32,224 nucleotides of DNA from a virus (Duplodnaviria > Caudoviricetes): positions 1 to 32,224 of IMG/VR virus record IMGVR_UViG_3300025162_001865; one strand, 5' to 3'. The translations under genes were made by a program, and so were the position numbers. This document shows positions 1 through 9,761 of this stretch, in pieces; within the stretch, counting starts at the first letter, position 1, and each line of letters starts with the position of its first letter. Below the pieces are notes generated by a model. The model was not told the DNA's origin and did no database searches. It was given only the letters and a program-made list of their open reading frames with translations.

Positions 1-1734
1 ATGAGAAAGAATTGGTTTTTTATTCTTCTTTTATCTATTGCTGCTTTGTCTTTAGCTGGAACTGCTGCTTATTTTTCCGTTTTTGGAATATCTAAATTGT
101 TTATGGCAGCTGGAATGGGAATTATAATATTAGCATCATCATTAGAATTTTCTAAATTGGTTACAGTATCTTATGTTTATCGTTTTTGGAAATCTATTAA
201 AAAAACAATAAGGTGGTTTTATGTATTTGCTGTTGTTTTTATTATGTTATTAACATCCATAGGTATTTATGGATTCTTAACAAGTGCATATCAAAAATCT
301 GCCAATAAAATAGAAATAAGAGATTCTCAAATTAAAATAGCAAATAACAAAAAGACATTATTCGTAAATCAATTAGATAGAATAAATAAAACAATAGAAA
401 GTGATAATAATCGTATTACTCAATTAAGTAATATTCGTGGATTACAAGAAAGAAGAATTGACACTTTATATAAAAGAAAACAAGTATCAAATGCTAGAAG
501 AACAGAAACATCTATATCTGGAGCAGATGAACAAATAAAATTTTTAAATTCTGATATTACAGATAAAATGAAACAAGCTAATTCTGTAAATGATTCTGTT
601 GCTTATTACGATCAAAAAATAGTAGAATATAAATCATCTGATGTATCCAATGAAGTTGGACCATATAAATTCGTTGCGGATTTAACTGGAATATCAATGA
701 ATAGAGTTGTAAATATCGTTGCTATATTGATTATATTAGTATTTGATCCACTTGCTATAGCTTTATTAATTGGTGTAAATCAATTAACTATGATTGATAA
801 AAAAGAGGAAGATGAAGAAGAAAAGAAAGAACATAAACCTCTTTTAAAAAGAATAAGATCAATTATTAAAAGAACACCAAAAGTTGAAAAGGAAGAAATA
901 CCAAAAGTTGAAAAGGAAGAAATACCAAAAGTTGAAATAGAAAAATCGGTATTAAAAGAAGAAGAGCCGGTAAAAGAAGTAAAAATTGTAAAAAAAGAAA
1001 CAGTAGAACAAAAACTTCCATTAAATTTTGATGAAGAAGAAATAGAAGATAAACCTGAGATTGAAAAAAAAACTCTGGTTGGGGAAGATTACTCCGAAAA
1101 TATTACAGAAAATGAAACTGAAGAAGATTTTGAAGAAGAAATAATACCATTAGATACAAATAATCTATCAGTTGGACAAATAGTTTCACATGATATATTT
1201 GGCAAAGGTAAGATATTAGAAGTATATCCAAATCAAAAAGCCAAAATAGCTTTTTTTAATTTGGGTGTAAAAGAACTTAATACCGAATTTGCAAATCTGA
1301 AAGAAATAAAAAGAAAAAAAGTTGATAAAGATTGGTTTGATGAATATACTGAAATAATAGCTGAAACAGAACCTAAAAAAAAAGATGATATCTATGTAAG
1401 AGAAAAGGAGATCAACGGTGCAACTTTATTAGAACTTACTACAAATAAAGTTGAACACGATGAAGAAATTCCTTATGTTGAAATGAAAATTGGGGATATT
1501 CCTATTGAACCAGAACAAATTGAATCTAAACCAGAACTAATCATTGAATCACAACCACAACCAATAATTGTTGAACAAATTATTGAACCACCTGTTATTT
1601 TACCAGAAATACCCATTGAAAAAAAAAGCGATGATGGGATTCAAAGTATAACATTTGATACAAGAGTAATTGATAATAATTATAGATCAGGACCAAGAAT
1701 AAGATTCACAAAAGATAGAAGAGGAAAAATTTAA
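1..1734 (+). CDS. Membrane protein: N-terminal TM helices, coiled coil, further TM segment, acidic C-terminal region
   Basis: 577 aa ORF; hydrophobic stretches at aa ~5-95 and ~237-260; E/K-rich tail. Confidence 0.75.
   Translation: MRKNWFFILLLSIAALSLAGTAAYFSVFGISKLFMAAGMGIIILASSLEFSKLVTVSYVYRFWKSIKKTIRWFYVFAVVFIMLLTSIGIYGFLTSAYQKSANKIEIRDSQIKIANNKKTLFVNQLDRINKTIESDNNRITQLSNIRGLQERRIDTLYKRKQVSNARRTETSISGADEQIKFLNSDITDKMKQANSVNDSVAYYDQKIVEYKSSDVSNEVGPYKFVADLTGISMNRVVNIVAILIILVFDPLAIALLIGVNQLTMIDKKEEDEEEKKEHKPLLKRIRSIIKRTPKVEKEEIPKVEKEEIPKVEIEKSVLKEEEPVKEVKIVKKETVEQKLPLNFDEEEIEDKPEIEKKTLVGEDYSENITENETEEDFEEEIIPLDTNNLSVGQIVSHDIFGKGKILEVYPNQKAKIAFFNLGVKELNTEFANLKEIKRKKVDKDWFDEYTEIIAETEPKKKDDIYVREKEINGATLLELTTNKVEHDEEIPYVEMKIGDIPIEPEQIESKPELIIESQPQPIIVEQIIEPPVILPEIPIEKKSDDGIQSITFDTRVIDNNYRSGPRIRFTKDRRGKI
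877..937 (+). repeat. In-frame 24-bp tandem repeat (PKVEKEEI x2.5)
   Basis: ccaaaagttgaaaaggaagaaata at 877 and 901, partial copy at 925. Confidence 0.9.
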
Positions 1735-1982
1735 TCTTTCTTAATTTCATTATACCATCTCCTATCACCCCATCTACCACACACCCCACAAGTATAAGTA
1801 ATATGACCATGTCCTCTATCATTTTCCCAAGTAATAGCATTTTTACCATCCAACGTAGTATGATCACACAAATCTTTTAAATTCTCAATTTTTTCTTTTT
1901 TAAAATTAATGATATCTTTTAAAGCTTTGATTTCTTTCTTGAGTTTTTTTAATTTTGTTTCGTTTTCGAAATATTTGTTCAT
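1731..1982 (-). CDS. Hypothetical protein with C-terminal CxxC
   Basis: 83 aa ORF, CDH...TCGVCG. Confidence 0.6.
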   Translation of the reverse strand: MNKYFENETKLKKLKKEIKALKDIINFKKEKIENLKDLCDHTTLDGKNAITWENDRGHGHITYTCGVCGRWGDRRWYNEIKKD

Positions 1983-1993
1983 AATTTTATTTA

Positions 1994-3076
1994 TTATAAT
2001 TTATCAAACCAATCAGGGTCTTCTGCTTCATTTTTTTCTATTGGTTGAGTATTAAAATCAGAAAAACAAGTGCATTCCGACTTAATATTTAAGCATGTTG
2101 CACAATATCCAGTTGGAAATTTTAATGGGTCAATTTCATCTAATTCGTGTTCTTCTAGTGGAATATTTGGAACATTACTACCTTTCATTTCATTTGGAAC
2201 AGGATTATTTCTTTCTAATTCTGATTTTAAAAATGTTTCGTCTTGTTCAACTTTATTGACACGAATATTAATCAAATCACCATAACTTTCATTTAACTCA
2301 AACCCAATCCAATTACGATTATATTTTTTACAAACTTCTGCAACAGTACCTGAACCCATAAAAGGATCCAATACAATATCATTAGGATCTGTAAGAAATT
2401 TAACGAAAAATTCAGGTAAATCTGGATGAAATGGAGCAGGATGTTTTCCTGCTGTTTCTCCTTTTAATACACCAGCATTATTGAAATTAAAAACAGTAGA
2501 TGGTTTTGTTCCTAATGGATTTTCCTTAATCATTTTTTTATTTCCAATAGTGGTTAACCCATTTTCATCTACTACTTCATTAAATGCTACTGGTTGTTTA
2601 TATCTCTTTATAGTGCTTTCAGCATATGGAACTCTTACATTATCTACTCTGGTTTTTATTTTTGGTGAATTAGTAAAATGAAAAATATATTCCATTCTAT
2701 CATTCAATCTATCACCACTCGTAGGTAATCCGTTTTTCTTTGCCCAAATATATCTTTCATATAGTTTTAAATTAGTATCTTTGCAAATACGAATAACCAA
2801 CTCAAATACATATAAATCTCTGAACCCACCAATTACCTTATCATTAATATTCAGGATAAATGAACCATCTGGAGTTAAAGATCTAGATATTTCTTTTGCT
2901 AAAGGTAAAAACCAATCATTATAATTCCTAGGCGATAATGTATTTACATTTTTGCCATAATTTTTTACATCGGCGTATGGCGGCGAAGTTACGACTAAGT
3001 TTACAAAATTATCAGGTAGTGTTTTAGACAATTCTATTGCATCTCCAAAGTATGTTTTATTTATATCCATTAACAT
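1994..3076 (-). CDS. DNA methyltransferase, N4-C/N6-A, beta class
   Basis: TSPPY catalytic motif; HPAPF and VLDPFMGSGT SAM-binding motif; IGFEL. Confidence 0.92.
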   Translation of the reverse strand: MLMDINKTYFGDAIELSKTLPDNFVNLVVTSPPYADVKNYGKNVNTLSPRNYNDWFLPLAKEISRSLTPDGSFILNINDKVIGGFRDLYVFELVIRICKDTNLKLYERYIWAKKNGLPTSGDRLNDRMEYIFHFTNSPKIKTRVDNVRVPYAESTIKRYKQPVAFNEVVDENGLTTIGNKKMIKENPLGTKPSTVFNFNNAGVLKGETAGKHPAPFHPDLPEFFVKFLTDPNDIVLDPFMGSGTVAEVCKKYNRNWIGFELNESYGDLINIRVNKVEQDETFLKSELERNNPVPNEMKGSNVPNIPLEEHELDEIDPLKFPTGYCATCLNIKSECTCFSDFNTQPIEKNEAEDPDWFDKL

Positions 3077-3265
3077 TCTCCTATTTTTTCTATTGTTACT
3101 CTAAATAAATTTGTTTTTGATCCAATTTCTCTTTGTGATGTATCAAATATTTTTTTTGTTGTTTCCATATTTTCTCATTATTTTTTAATTATATAAATTA
3201 TTTATCAAAATGTTTTTTAAACTTTTTATTTTGGACCCCCTATATTTAATATATAATATTAATCT

Positions 3266-3341
3266 GGAATTATTGGTTTTGAGTCATCGAAACATAAGGT
3301 CACTTCTGAATTGTGGTAAACAATGAAAAAACTGATAGTTC
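3266..3341 (+). promoter_or_regulatory. Putative structured 5' leader, similar to 28493-28563
   Basis: gaattattggtttt pairs with aaaactgatagttc; sequence blocks shared with the leader at 28493. Confidence 0.5.
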
Positions 3342-3370
3342 AAAAATAAAAAATAAAAGAAAGGAAAACT

Positions 3371-4087
3371 ATGAAAGAAGGTTTAACTGAAATCGTTGTT
3401 GTCGTGGACAAAAGCGGTTCAATGGAGTCAATTAGAAAAGACACAATCGGGGGATTTAACGCATTCCTCAAATCACAAAAAGAAATCGAAGGAGAAGCAA
3501 CTATTACATTGGTATTATTTGATACCGCTTATAATGTAATATACCAAAGCATCAACATTCAAACAGCTGCAGAATTAACAGAAAAAACTTACATTCCAAA
3601 TGGTGGAACAGCTCTTTACGATGCTTTCGGTCAAGCTATGAAAATGACCAAAAAAAGAATTGAATCTTTACCAGAAGAAGAAAAACCATCCAAAATTTTC
3701 TTCGCAGTTCTAACTGATGGTGAAGAAAATTCAAGTAAAATCGTAAATAAAGAAGGTCAGAGAAAATACACAAAAGAATCTATTTTTGAAAAAGTAAATC
3801 AACTTCAAAAAGGAAATTATATATTTATCTATTTGGGTGCAAATCAAGATGCAATGCAGGTTGGAACAGGTATGGGTTTTTATGCTAACAATACCGTTAG
3901 TTATTCAGCAGATTCTAGAGGAATGTCAGCATCGATGGATTCTATGAGTAATTATTCAAAATCTTATAGAGTATCTAATTTAAGTTCACAAGATTTTGCA
4001 GCTCAGGCTGATTTAGGAACTTTATACGAACAAAGCTTAGAAAAACAGGATAAGGAAGAAGAAAAGAAAGAAGAAGTCAAACCGTAA
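3371..4087 (+). CDS. von Willebrand factor A domain protein
   Basis: MIDAS motifs DKSGSM, GGTALYDA, LTDGEEN. Confidence 0.9.
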   Translation: MKEGLTEIVVVVDKSGSMESIRKDTIGGFNAFLKSQKEIEGEATITLVLFDTAYNVIYQSINIQTAAELTEKTYIPNGGTALYDAFGQAMKMTKKRIESLPEEEKPSKIFFAVLTDGEENSSKIVNKEGQRKYTKESIFEKVNQLQKGNYIFIYLGANQDAMQVGTGMGFYANNTVSYSADSRGMSASMDSMSNYSKSYRVSNLSSQDFAAQADLGTLYEQSLEKQDKEEEKKEEVKP

Positions 4088-4104
4088 TTAGATCGGTAAT
4101 ATAG

Positions 4105-4130
4105 AAAAAGGGGTTAATCACCCCTTTTTT
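4105..4130 (+). terminator. Intrinsic terminator
   Basis: aggggt-taatc-acccct followed by T run. Confidence 0.8.
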
Positions 4131-4204
4131 ATTAAACTTTAATGAAAATTTTTGATAAAAATATAAAACTGAGAGAAATTTTAAGAAACTATTAAAAAAT
4201 TATA

Positions 4205-4426
4205 ATGTATCCAGATAAATGTTATTTATTGCGATTTGTCAATAATCCTCTTAATCATAAGATTGGTACAGAGGGATTCGAAATGATTTGTCGTGATCCA
4301 GAGACACTATCAAGATTGGTGAATTCTCACAATGGAATTAAAAAAGTTAATCCAAAAAATGTATTTACTCTTGAAATAAGAACGAAATATTGTTATCAAA
4401 TATATGAATATCTTTATTTTGAATAA
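4205..4426 (+). CDS. Hypothetical protein
   Basis: 73 aa ORF in co-oriented run. Confidence 0.5.
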   Translation: MYPDKCYLLRFVNNPLNHKIGTEGFEMICRDPETLSRLVNSHNGIKKVNPKNVFTLEIRTKYCYQIYEYLYFE

Positions 4427-4445
4427 AATGAAAATTGAATAATTT

Positions 4446-4680
4446 ATGGAAGATATTGAAGATTGTAGACCGGATGAACCAAATTTACCACCAAAGAGAA
4501 TAGAAAATGTAGGTGAAGAATTTATGGATTGGGCTGAAAAATACTGGTCGTTTAAAAGAATTGTAAGAAAAGGTATTAGTTCATTAGATATTGGATGAAA
4601 GTTGTCCATATGATTTTTACAGGCAATATTTTGTTAATAAAATAAATGAACTTGTTGAAGATAAAATAAAAAATGGATAA
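4446..4680 (+). pseudogene. Frameshifted small gene
   Basis: MEDIEDCRPDEP... stops at TGA 4596; another frame continues ILDESCPYDFYRQ...KNG to TAA 4680, abutting next ATG. Confidence 0.55.
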
Positions 4681-4878
4681 ATGAATGTAATAGAAACTGC
4701 ATTAAATGAAAATCTTCTAAAATTTAAAGTAGCCTGCAAAAGTGAATTAACAGATGGAGATATAAAAGTATTATTTAGAAACTTTGAAATAACAAGTGAA
4801 AAAGAAATAGGGGAACTTGTTAATATTTTACAACAATATAGACCAACATTGTATAAATGGTTTAACGAAAATATATAA
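4681..4878 (+). CDS. Hypothetical protein
   Basis: 65 aa ORF, tightly packed. Confidence 0.6.
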   Translation: MNVIETALNENLLKFKVACKSELTDGDIKVLFRNFEITSEKEIGELVNILQQYRPTLYKWFNENI

Positions 4879-4880
4879 AG

Positions 4881-5126
4881 ATGAGTTCAGAACAAAAAGA
4901 ATCAAGAGAAAACCATTTGTATCATAAAAGAGTGGTTGAAGGATATCCACTGGTTGATAAAATGTTTGATAATTTCGATAATGATATTATTAGAAAAGAA
5001 ACAATTGATGAAATTTTATCACACCAAACAATTGATGAAACTAAATCTATAATTGTTCAATGGTATGCTACAAAACCAAAAGTTAGAAAATTAGTAAAAG
5101 AATTTATAAAAAAATATAAATTATGA
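4881..5126 (+). CDS. Hypothetical protein
   Basis: 81 aa ORF. Confidence 0.6.
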   Translation: MSSEQKESRENHLYHKRVVEGYPLVDKMFDNFDNDIIRKETIDEILSHQTIDETKSIIVQWYATKPKVRKLVKEFIKKYKL

Positions 5127-5290
5127 CAGAAGAAGAAATGTTAAAAGATAATTGGATAATCGGTCCATTAGAGAAAGATAATATCATCAATGACTTAAAA
5201 ATAATAGATATGTCAAAATGGACTAAGCAAGATATAGAAAATTATGTAAAAACTTGTCAATTTAAAAAAACCATATCACACTTAATATAA
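5123..5290 (+). CDS. Hypothetical protein (55 aa, not in ORF track)
   Basis: ATGA overlap with previous stop; MTEEEMLKDNWIIG... Confidence 0.55.
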   Translation: MTEEEMLKDNWIIGPLEKDNIINDLKIIDMSKWTKQDIENYVKTCQFKKTISHLI

Positions 5291-5296
5291 AAAATT

Positions 5297-5710
5297 ATGA
5301 AAAAATTTTTATTATTACTACTGTTGATTTTATCAATATCTTGTCAACATATAGAAAATAAACAATCTGTTGCACCAAAAAAAGATACAATTGTAAGTGC
5401 TCCTAAAATTGTTTTTGTTGTTATAGGAAAGGGAATAGATTTTGATAAAATGGAAATTGATACTATCATAAATAAAATAATCCATAGTGATAGTGTATTA
5501 GAATTAAAATCAACAAGTCCTGAAATTTATACAAAACCACAAATTATTAAAGCTTATAGAGTAGAAGATATAACTTGTCCGTATTTAAAAGAAAAATTTA
5601 AAAAATATGAACCCGGTTATGTTGTATTTCAATATAATGATAAATTACTTGTTAAAGCAAAAGATGGTGTAATTAAAATATATCATTATAATTTAAAAGA
5701 AATAAAATAA
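5297..5710 (+). CDS. Putative lipoprotein
   Basis: MKK + hydrophobic core + LSISC lipobox-like Cys. Confidence 0.7.
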   Translation: MKKFLLLLLLILSISCQHIENKQSVAPKKDTIVSAPKIVFVVIGKGIDFDKMEIDTIINKIIHSDSVLELKSTSPEIYTKPQIIKAYRVEDITCPYLKEKFKKYEPGYVVFQYNDKLLVKAKDGVIKIYHYNLKEIK

Positions 5711-5711
5711 T

Positions 5712-6191
5712 ATGAAAAAAGCTTATGCCGTAGTTTATAATGAAGATTCTTTTGAAGGTATTTCAGTACCTTTCGAACTAAAAGAAACTCTTGAATTTTT
5801 AAGAGATCAGGGAGAAGAATTAATCACTGATGTATTCGATAATTATGAAAGTTACAGAGATGAAGAAGTCGATATGGCACACTATACAAAAGATGGTAGT
5901 GATGGCACATATGATATATCATCAGCAATGGAATTAAGAGGTTGGTTTCTTTCTAGATTCAAAAGAAAAATACAAAAAGATAGAATATCTGAAAATATTC
6001 TAAATAAAATAAATAATCTGGAAGAAATTCCAATTAGTCCTATATTATCCGATGACGAAGCCAGAATAATTCTGGAAGATGTTATTGATACATTAATAGA
6101 AGTTGGAAATGGAACAACAGACGAACAACTTCATAAAGCAGCAGATAAATTATTAAATTTTAGAGATAACTGGTTAGATAAAGTATTATAA
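5712..6191 (+). CDS. Hypothetical protein
   Basis: 159 aa acidic ORF. Confidence 0.7.
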   Translation: MKKAYAVVYNEDSFEGISVPFELKETLEFLRDQGEELITDVFDNYESYRDEEVDMAHYTKDGSDGTYDISSAMELRGWFLSRFKRKIQKDRISENILNKINNLEEIPISPILSDDEARIILEDVIDTLIEVGNGTTDEQLHKAADKLLNFRDNWLDKVL

Positions 6192-6192
6192 A

Positions 6193-6573
6193 ATGGAAAA
6201 TAAAGTAGAAGTCTATAAAGACAGTAAAGGAAAATTACATGAAAATCGTAATGAATATTATTCGGCAGAATTAAAAATAATGCACGAAGCGAACATTGAA
6301 AATTGGGAACATTGGTTAGAAATGGTTAAAGATGATCCTGAAAATTTTTATAAAATAATGATGAATTTTATAAAAATAATTGAATCCAAAACTCCAGAAG
6401 AAAATCAAAAATCTTTTCAAGAAAAAATAGATTTTATAAAAGAAGCGAAAAGAATTGAAAACGAAAATGAAGCTGAATCTGGAGAACCTTTTTCCGGAGA
6501 ATCAAATTGGAACGCAAGTCCGGGAGATTGGTTGGGTATATATGCACAAGATTTACAAATTCCTAATTGCTAA
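6193..6573 (+). CDS. Hypothetical protein
   Basis: 126 aa ORF. Confidence 0.7.
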   Translation: MENKVEVYKDSKGKLHENRNEYYSAELKIMHEANIENWEHWLEMVKDDPENFYKIMMNFIKIIESKTPEENQKSFQEKIDFIKEAKRIENENEAESGEPFSGESNWNASPGDWLGIYAQDLQIPNC

Positions 6574-6575
6574 AT

Positions 6576-7049
6576 ATGGTATCCGAAAAATTTAAAGAAG
6601 CATTTCTTGGTGGAGGATCTTATACTCAACAAGAATGTATGTGTGGTAGAGTACATTTTTGTAGTCCGGAAAATTCTATTGGTGATTTTGAAGATGGTGA
6701 ATATGATAGATTAAAACAACTTCAAAATAAATATCCAAAGAAATATATCGAAAGTAATGATGATTGTATATCTTATTTAGAAATGAACGGTAATCCTGTT
6801 ATTTGGGATTGCCCCTGCGGAAATGATGTTTGGTACGAAAATCTAGTATGGGATAGTAGAAATTCTATTATGAATTATCTTAAAATTAGATTGGGTGAAA
6901 TGGAAAGACAAACATGGGAACTTAGTTCAAATGTTAAAGAAATTACAGATTTTGATAATGGTGTAAAACTTACTTACGAAGAATTTATCAATAAAATGAG
7001 AGAAAGAAAATTAAATATGATATTACAAAATGAGCACGAAGATTTATAA
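6576..7049 (+). CDS. Hypothetical Cys-rich protein
   Basis: CMCGRVHFC and CPCG motifs; ATG at 6576 preferred. Confidence 0.7.
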   Translation: MVSEKFKEAFLGGGSYTQQECMCGRVHFCSPENSIGDFEDGEYDRLKQLQNKYPKKYIESNDDCISYLEMNGNPVIWDCPCGNDVWYENLVWDSRNSIMNYLKIRLGEMERQTWELSSNVKEITDFDNGVKLTYEEFINKMRERKLNMILQNEHEDL

Positions 7050-7668
7050 CGCATTCAAATTTAATGGAACACCTGAACAATTAATGGTTATTCTTAAAGA
7101 TATTAAAAAAGAATACACAGAACAATGTAAAAATGATCTATCCAAACTTAAATTAGATGAAATAGAATTTAATAAGAAAAGATATCCATTTCTTGAAAAA
7201 GATATGTACTTGAAAGAATCTGATTTTCCAGATTTTACTCTAAGTAATATTATTGAAAGAGAAACTATTATAGGGGAACGCAGTCCACTTAATATAGATG
7301 CATCCGCTGTTGTTTATTTTCATGATGGAATATTTGTTCAATTTTTTGGACTACCCGACTCTATTATAAATAAACACCCAATGTTCGAAGATTATCATTA
7401 TCAAAATCAATCTGATATGAGTAATTATGATGAAGATAAAGAACCCATAGAATCAATGACAGAAGAAAGATTACAAGAATTAAATATGGATTGGATTGAA
7501 AGAAGAGATACTTGGGACGAAATATTGCCTTGGAGTGATCCGGTTCCATCAAATAATGGACTCATATTTAGTTTTATTCCAAATCATTACGAATTGTCAA
7601 TGTTTTGTAGAGATTTGAAGTGTGTACACGACATTATAGAAAAGAAATATCAAGAAAAATTCAAATGA
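7030..7668 (+). CDS. Hypothetical protein
   Basis: 212 aa ORF (MSTKIYNAF..., DYHYQNQSD). Confidence 0.7.
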   Translation: MSTKIYNAFKFNGTPEQLMVILKDIKKEYTEQCKNDLSKLKLDEIEFNKKRYPFLEKDMYLKESDFPDFTLSNIIERETIIGERSPLNIDASAVVYFHDGIFVQFFGLPDSIINKHPMFEDYHYQNQSDMSNYDEDKEPIESMTEERLQELNMDWIERRDTWDEILPWSDPVPSNNGLIFSFIPNHYELSMFCRDLKCVHDIIEKKYQEKFK

Positions 7669-7702
7669 TTTTTTTATTCCAAATGAAAGTTGTATTTTTG
7701 TA
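7669..7702 (+). promoter_or_regulatory. Bacteroidota sigmaA-type promoter TTTTTAT-N15-TAnnTTTG
   Basis: TATTTTTG at 7693-7700; same architecture at 8233, 12973, 14296, 18533, 19481, 21101. Confidence 0.7.
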
Positions 7703-7719
7703 ATCTAAACTTAAGTCAT

Positions 7720-7938
7720 ATGAAGAAAATCACAACAGACAAAGAGACCTACATTAAAAAAGTAGAAACAGGAACTTGGAAACCAAACGGAAAACCTGAA
7801 TGGGATAAAAATTACGCTGGTAAGGTGAAAGCTAAAATTCCACTCAAAGGTAAAGATGAAAACGGTGATAAACGTTTTGAAGAAGTTGAAATTATAATCA
7901 AAGGATTCTTTTTCACACCATTTTCAGGACAAAGGTAA
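7720..7938 (+). CDS. Hypothetical protein
   Basis: ATG at 7720 downstream of promoter motif. Confidence 0.65.
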   Translation: MKKITTDKETYIKKVETGTWKPNGKPEWDKNYAGKVKAKIPLKGKDENGDKRFEEVEIIIKGFFFTPFSGQR

Positions 7939-7939
7939 A

Positions 7940-8162
7940 ATGCAAAAAGGAGATAAATATAAATGTATCAAAACCATCAATAATTTATTTGAATGGAATT
8001 TATTCAAAGAGGGTGATACATATGAAGTTATTCACGTTGAAGAAATAATGTGAAGAAATAATGGGAACAACTCTTGTTACTTTGAATCACATTCTATACG
8101 CAAATGAATACCTTGAGGAAGAATTGGATTCCATTAAAGAAAATTTTGAATTAGTAAAATAA
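7940..8162 (+). pseudogene. Small gene broken by a 13-bp tandem duplication
   Basis: tgaagaaataatg at 8038 and 8051; removing one copy gives a continuous ORF MQKGDKYKC...FELVK. Confidence 0.7.
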
Positions 8163-8208
8163 AATAAACTTTTTCTTTTTATCCGATTATAATAAAAATG
8201 AGATGAAA

Positions 8209-8242
8209 TTTTTTTATCTCGAACAAATTACATAATTTTGTA
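8209..8242 (+). promoter_or_regulatory. SigmaA-type promoter upstream of leader/tRNA array
   Basis: TTTTTAT-N15-TAATTTTG (8233-8240). Confidence 0.65.
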
Positions 8243-8306
8243 ATCTGAATTGGAAAAAATAGACTTTTTAAGTTAAATATATAAACAATACAAACAAAGA
8301 AATAAA

Positions 8307-8423
8307 ATGTTGATGAATATTCAAATATTAACCACACGACCTGAAACAAGGACGACAGTCACAACTACCCCAGTGGTAGAAGAGACAGCGTATGCTCCGG
8401 GTGTTGGTAAAATATTTGATTGA
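8307..8423 (+). CDS. Putative attenuator leader peptide MLMNIQILTTRPETRTTVTTTPVVEETAYAPGVGKIFD
   Basis: 38 codons; codons 9-28 only Thr/Arg/Pro/Glu/Val/Ala; many GC-ending codons; overlaps antiterminator strand. Confidence 0.8.
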   Translation: MLMNIQILTTRPETRTTVTTTPVVEETAYAPGVGKIFD

Positions 8424-8474
8424 AAATCCCCTCATCAATATAGAAAAACGAAAGTTTTTCAACCCTACACCCGG
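8397..8474 (+). promoter_or_regulatory. Putative antiterminator helix
   Basis: ccgggtgt (8397-8404) is the reverse complement of acacccgg (8467-8474), which includes the terminator 5' arm. Confidence 0.75.
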
Positions 8475-8498
8475 AATCGAAAGAAACCGGGTTTTTTT
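8469..8498 (+). terminator. Intrinsic terminator (attenuator)
   Basis: acccgg-aatcgaaagaaa-ccggg followed by 7 T. Confidence 0.85.
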
Positions 8499-8516
8499 AT
8501 GTTCTTTAAATTTCTT

Positions 8517-8620
8517 GGGTGAATTAAATGATAAGTAATCGAAGTCATGAACCGATGAAAATCATCAGGTGGCTGGTAGTCGTAGACTATTCAGTATTGG
8601 TTCAAGTCCATTTTCATCCA
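8517..8620 (+). ncRNA. tRNA-like RNA (104 nt) without a canonical anticodon arm
   Basis: gggtgaa/ttcatcc acceptor-like stem; T arm tgg-ttcaagt-cca; two internal hairpins. Confidence 0.55.
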
Positions 8621-8636
8621 CAACCATAGAATAACG

Positions 8637-8648
8637 GTTCTTTGACAT
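8637..8648 (+). promoter_or_regulatory. boxA-like antitermination element
   Basis: gttctttgacat; related gttctttaaa at 8501 and gttctttgaaa at 11629. Confidence 0.6.
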
Positions 8649-8663
8649 CTTGGAATAAAATAA

Positions 8664-8749
8664 ACTCGATTCGGCTAGAGGCTTAGGCCATCAGACTTTC
8701 AATCTGATAGAGATTTTTTCTCTCAGGGGTTCGAATCCCCTATCGAGTA
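8664..8749 (+). tRNA. tRNA-Glu(TTC) with long variable arm
   Basis: actcgat/atcgagt; tcaga-ctTTCaa-tctga; 17-nt variable region with gaga/tctc stem; agggg-ttcgaat-cccct. Confidence 0.85.
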
Positions 8750-8831
8750 CACAATCAATCTAAATTTTCAGATTCGATATAAATTATGACTATGTAATTT
8801 TTTATATATAAAAATAAAAATAAAAATAGTC

Positions 8832-9761
8832 ATGAATAAATGTTTAAATTGTGGTAAGGATGTAAAAAATAAATATTGTAATTCTAAATGTAGAAATCAA
8901 CATAAACCAACTATATATGTACCTACTCAGGAAAGTATAGATAAACAAAAAGATACGGTTTCTAAAAAGTGGAAAATTTTTTATGTTAAATGTTATAAAT
9001 GTGGAAAAGACTTTGAAATTAAAGAATTTAATGTTGAAAAACTAAAAAAAGATAAATACTATTGTTCCAGATCATGTGCAAATAGTAGAAAACACACGGT
9101 AGAAACGAAAGAAAAAATAAGATTGAAGAATAAAAATCAAGTTCCTTGGAATAAAAAAAATAAAATATTAATAAAATGTCCAGTTTGTAAAAAAGATTTT
9201 CAAATCTTACCAAAATCAAATAGAATTTATTGTTCTAAAAATTGTTATTTGAAAGATAATAATTGTTCATTTAGAAGAAAATCATCAGGTGGAATAAGAA
9301 AAGGTTCTGGAAGAGGTAAATGTGGTTGGTATAAAGGATTTTGGTCGGATAGTAGTTGGGAATTAGCTTGGATAATTTATAATATTGATCACAGAATTAT
9401 ATTTGAAAGAAATTATAAAGGATTTGAATATTGTTTTAACAGCAAAAAATATAAATTTTATCCGGATTTTAAAATAGATAGTAAATTTTATGAAATAAAG
9501 GGTTATATCGACAGTAAAAATAAATCAAAAATCGAACAATTTAATGATGAATTAATTATTATAGATAGGATAGGGATTAAACCTTATATTGAATATGTAA
9601 TAAAAAAATATGGAAAAAATTATATAGAATTATATGAAAATAATCCACATAAAATAAAAAATAAAAAATGTTTAATATGTGGAAATGAATGTATGAATAT
9701 GTATTGTTCCAGAATTTGTTCTGGGAAAGGTATTAAAAATACTACAAAAATACCAGTGTAG
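8832..9761 (+). CDS. Free-standing homing-type endonuclease, Zn-finger repeats + PD-(D/E)XK domain
   Basis: CxxC...YCSxxC repeats; SSWE...YPDF...YEIKG. Confidence 0.75.
   Translation: MNKCLNCGKDVKNKYCNSKCRNQHKPTIYVPTQESIDKQKDTVSKKWKIFYVKCYKCGKDFEIKEFNVEKLKKDKYYCSRSCANSRKHTVETKEKIRLKNKNQVPWNKKNKILIKCPVCKKDFQILPKSNRIYCSKNCYLKDNNCSFRRKSSGGIRKGSGRGKCGWYKGFWSDSSWELAWIIYNIDHRIIFERNYKGFEYCFNSKKYKFYPDFKIDSKFYEIKGYIDSKNKSKIEQFNDELIIIDRIGIKPYIEYVIKKYGKNYIELYENNPHKIKNKKCLICGNECMNMYCSRICSGKGIKNTTKIPV

Noticed and set aside
2070-2681. Short + strand ORFs inside the methyltransferase (and similar antisense ORFs elsewhere)
   Set aside because: Shadow ORFs opposite well-supported genes.
8331-8400. Leader codon order colinear with tRNA gene order
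   Set aside because: Only loosely similar; not convincing.
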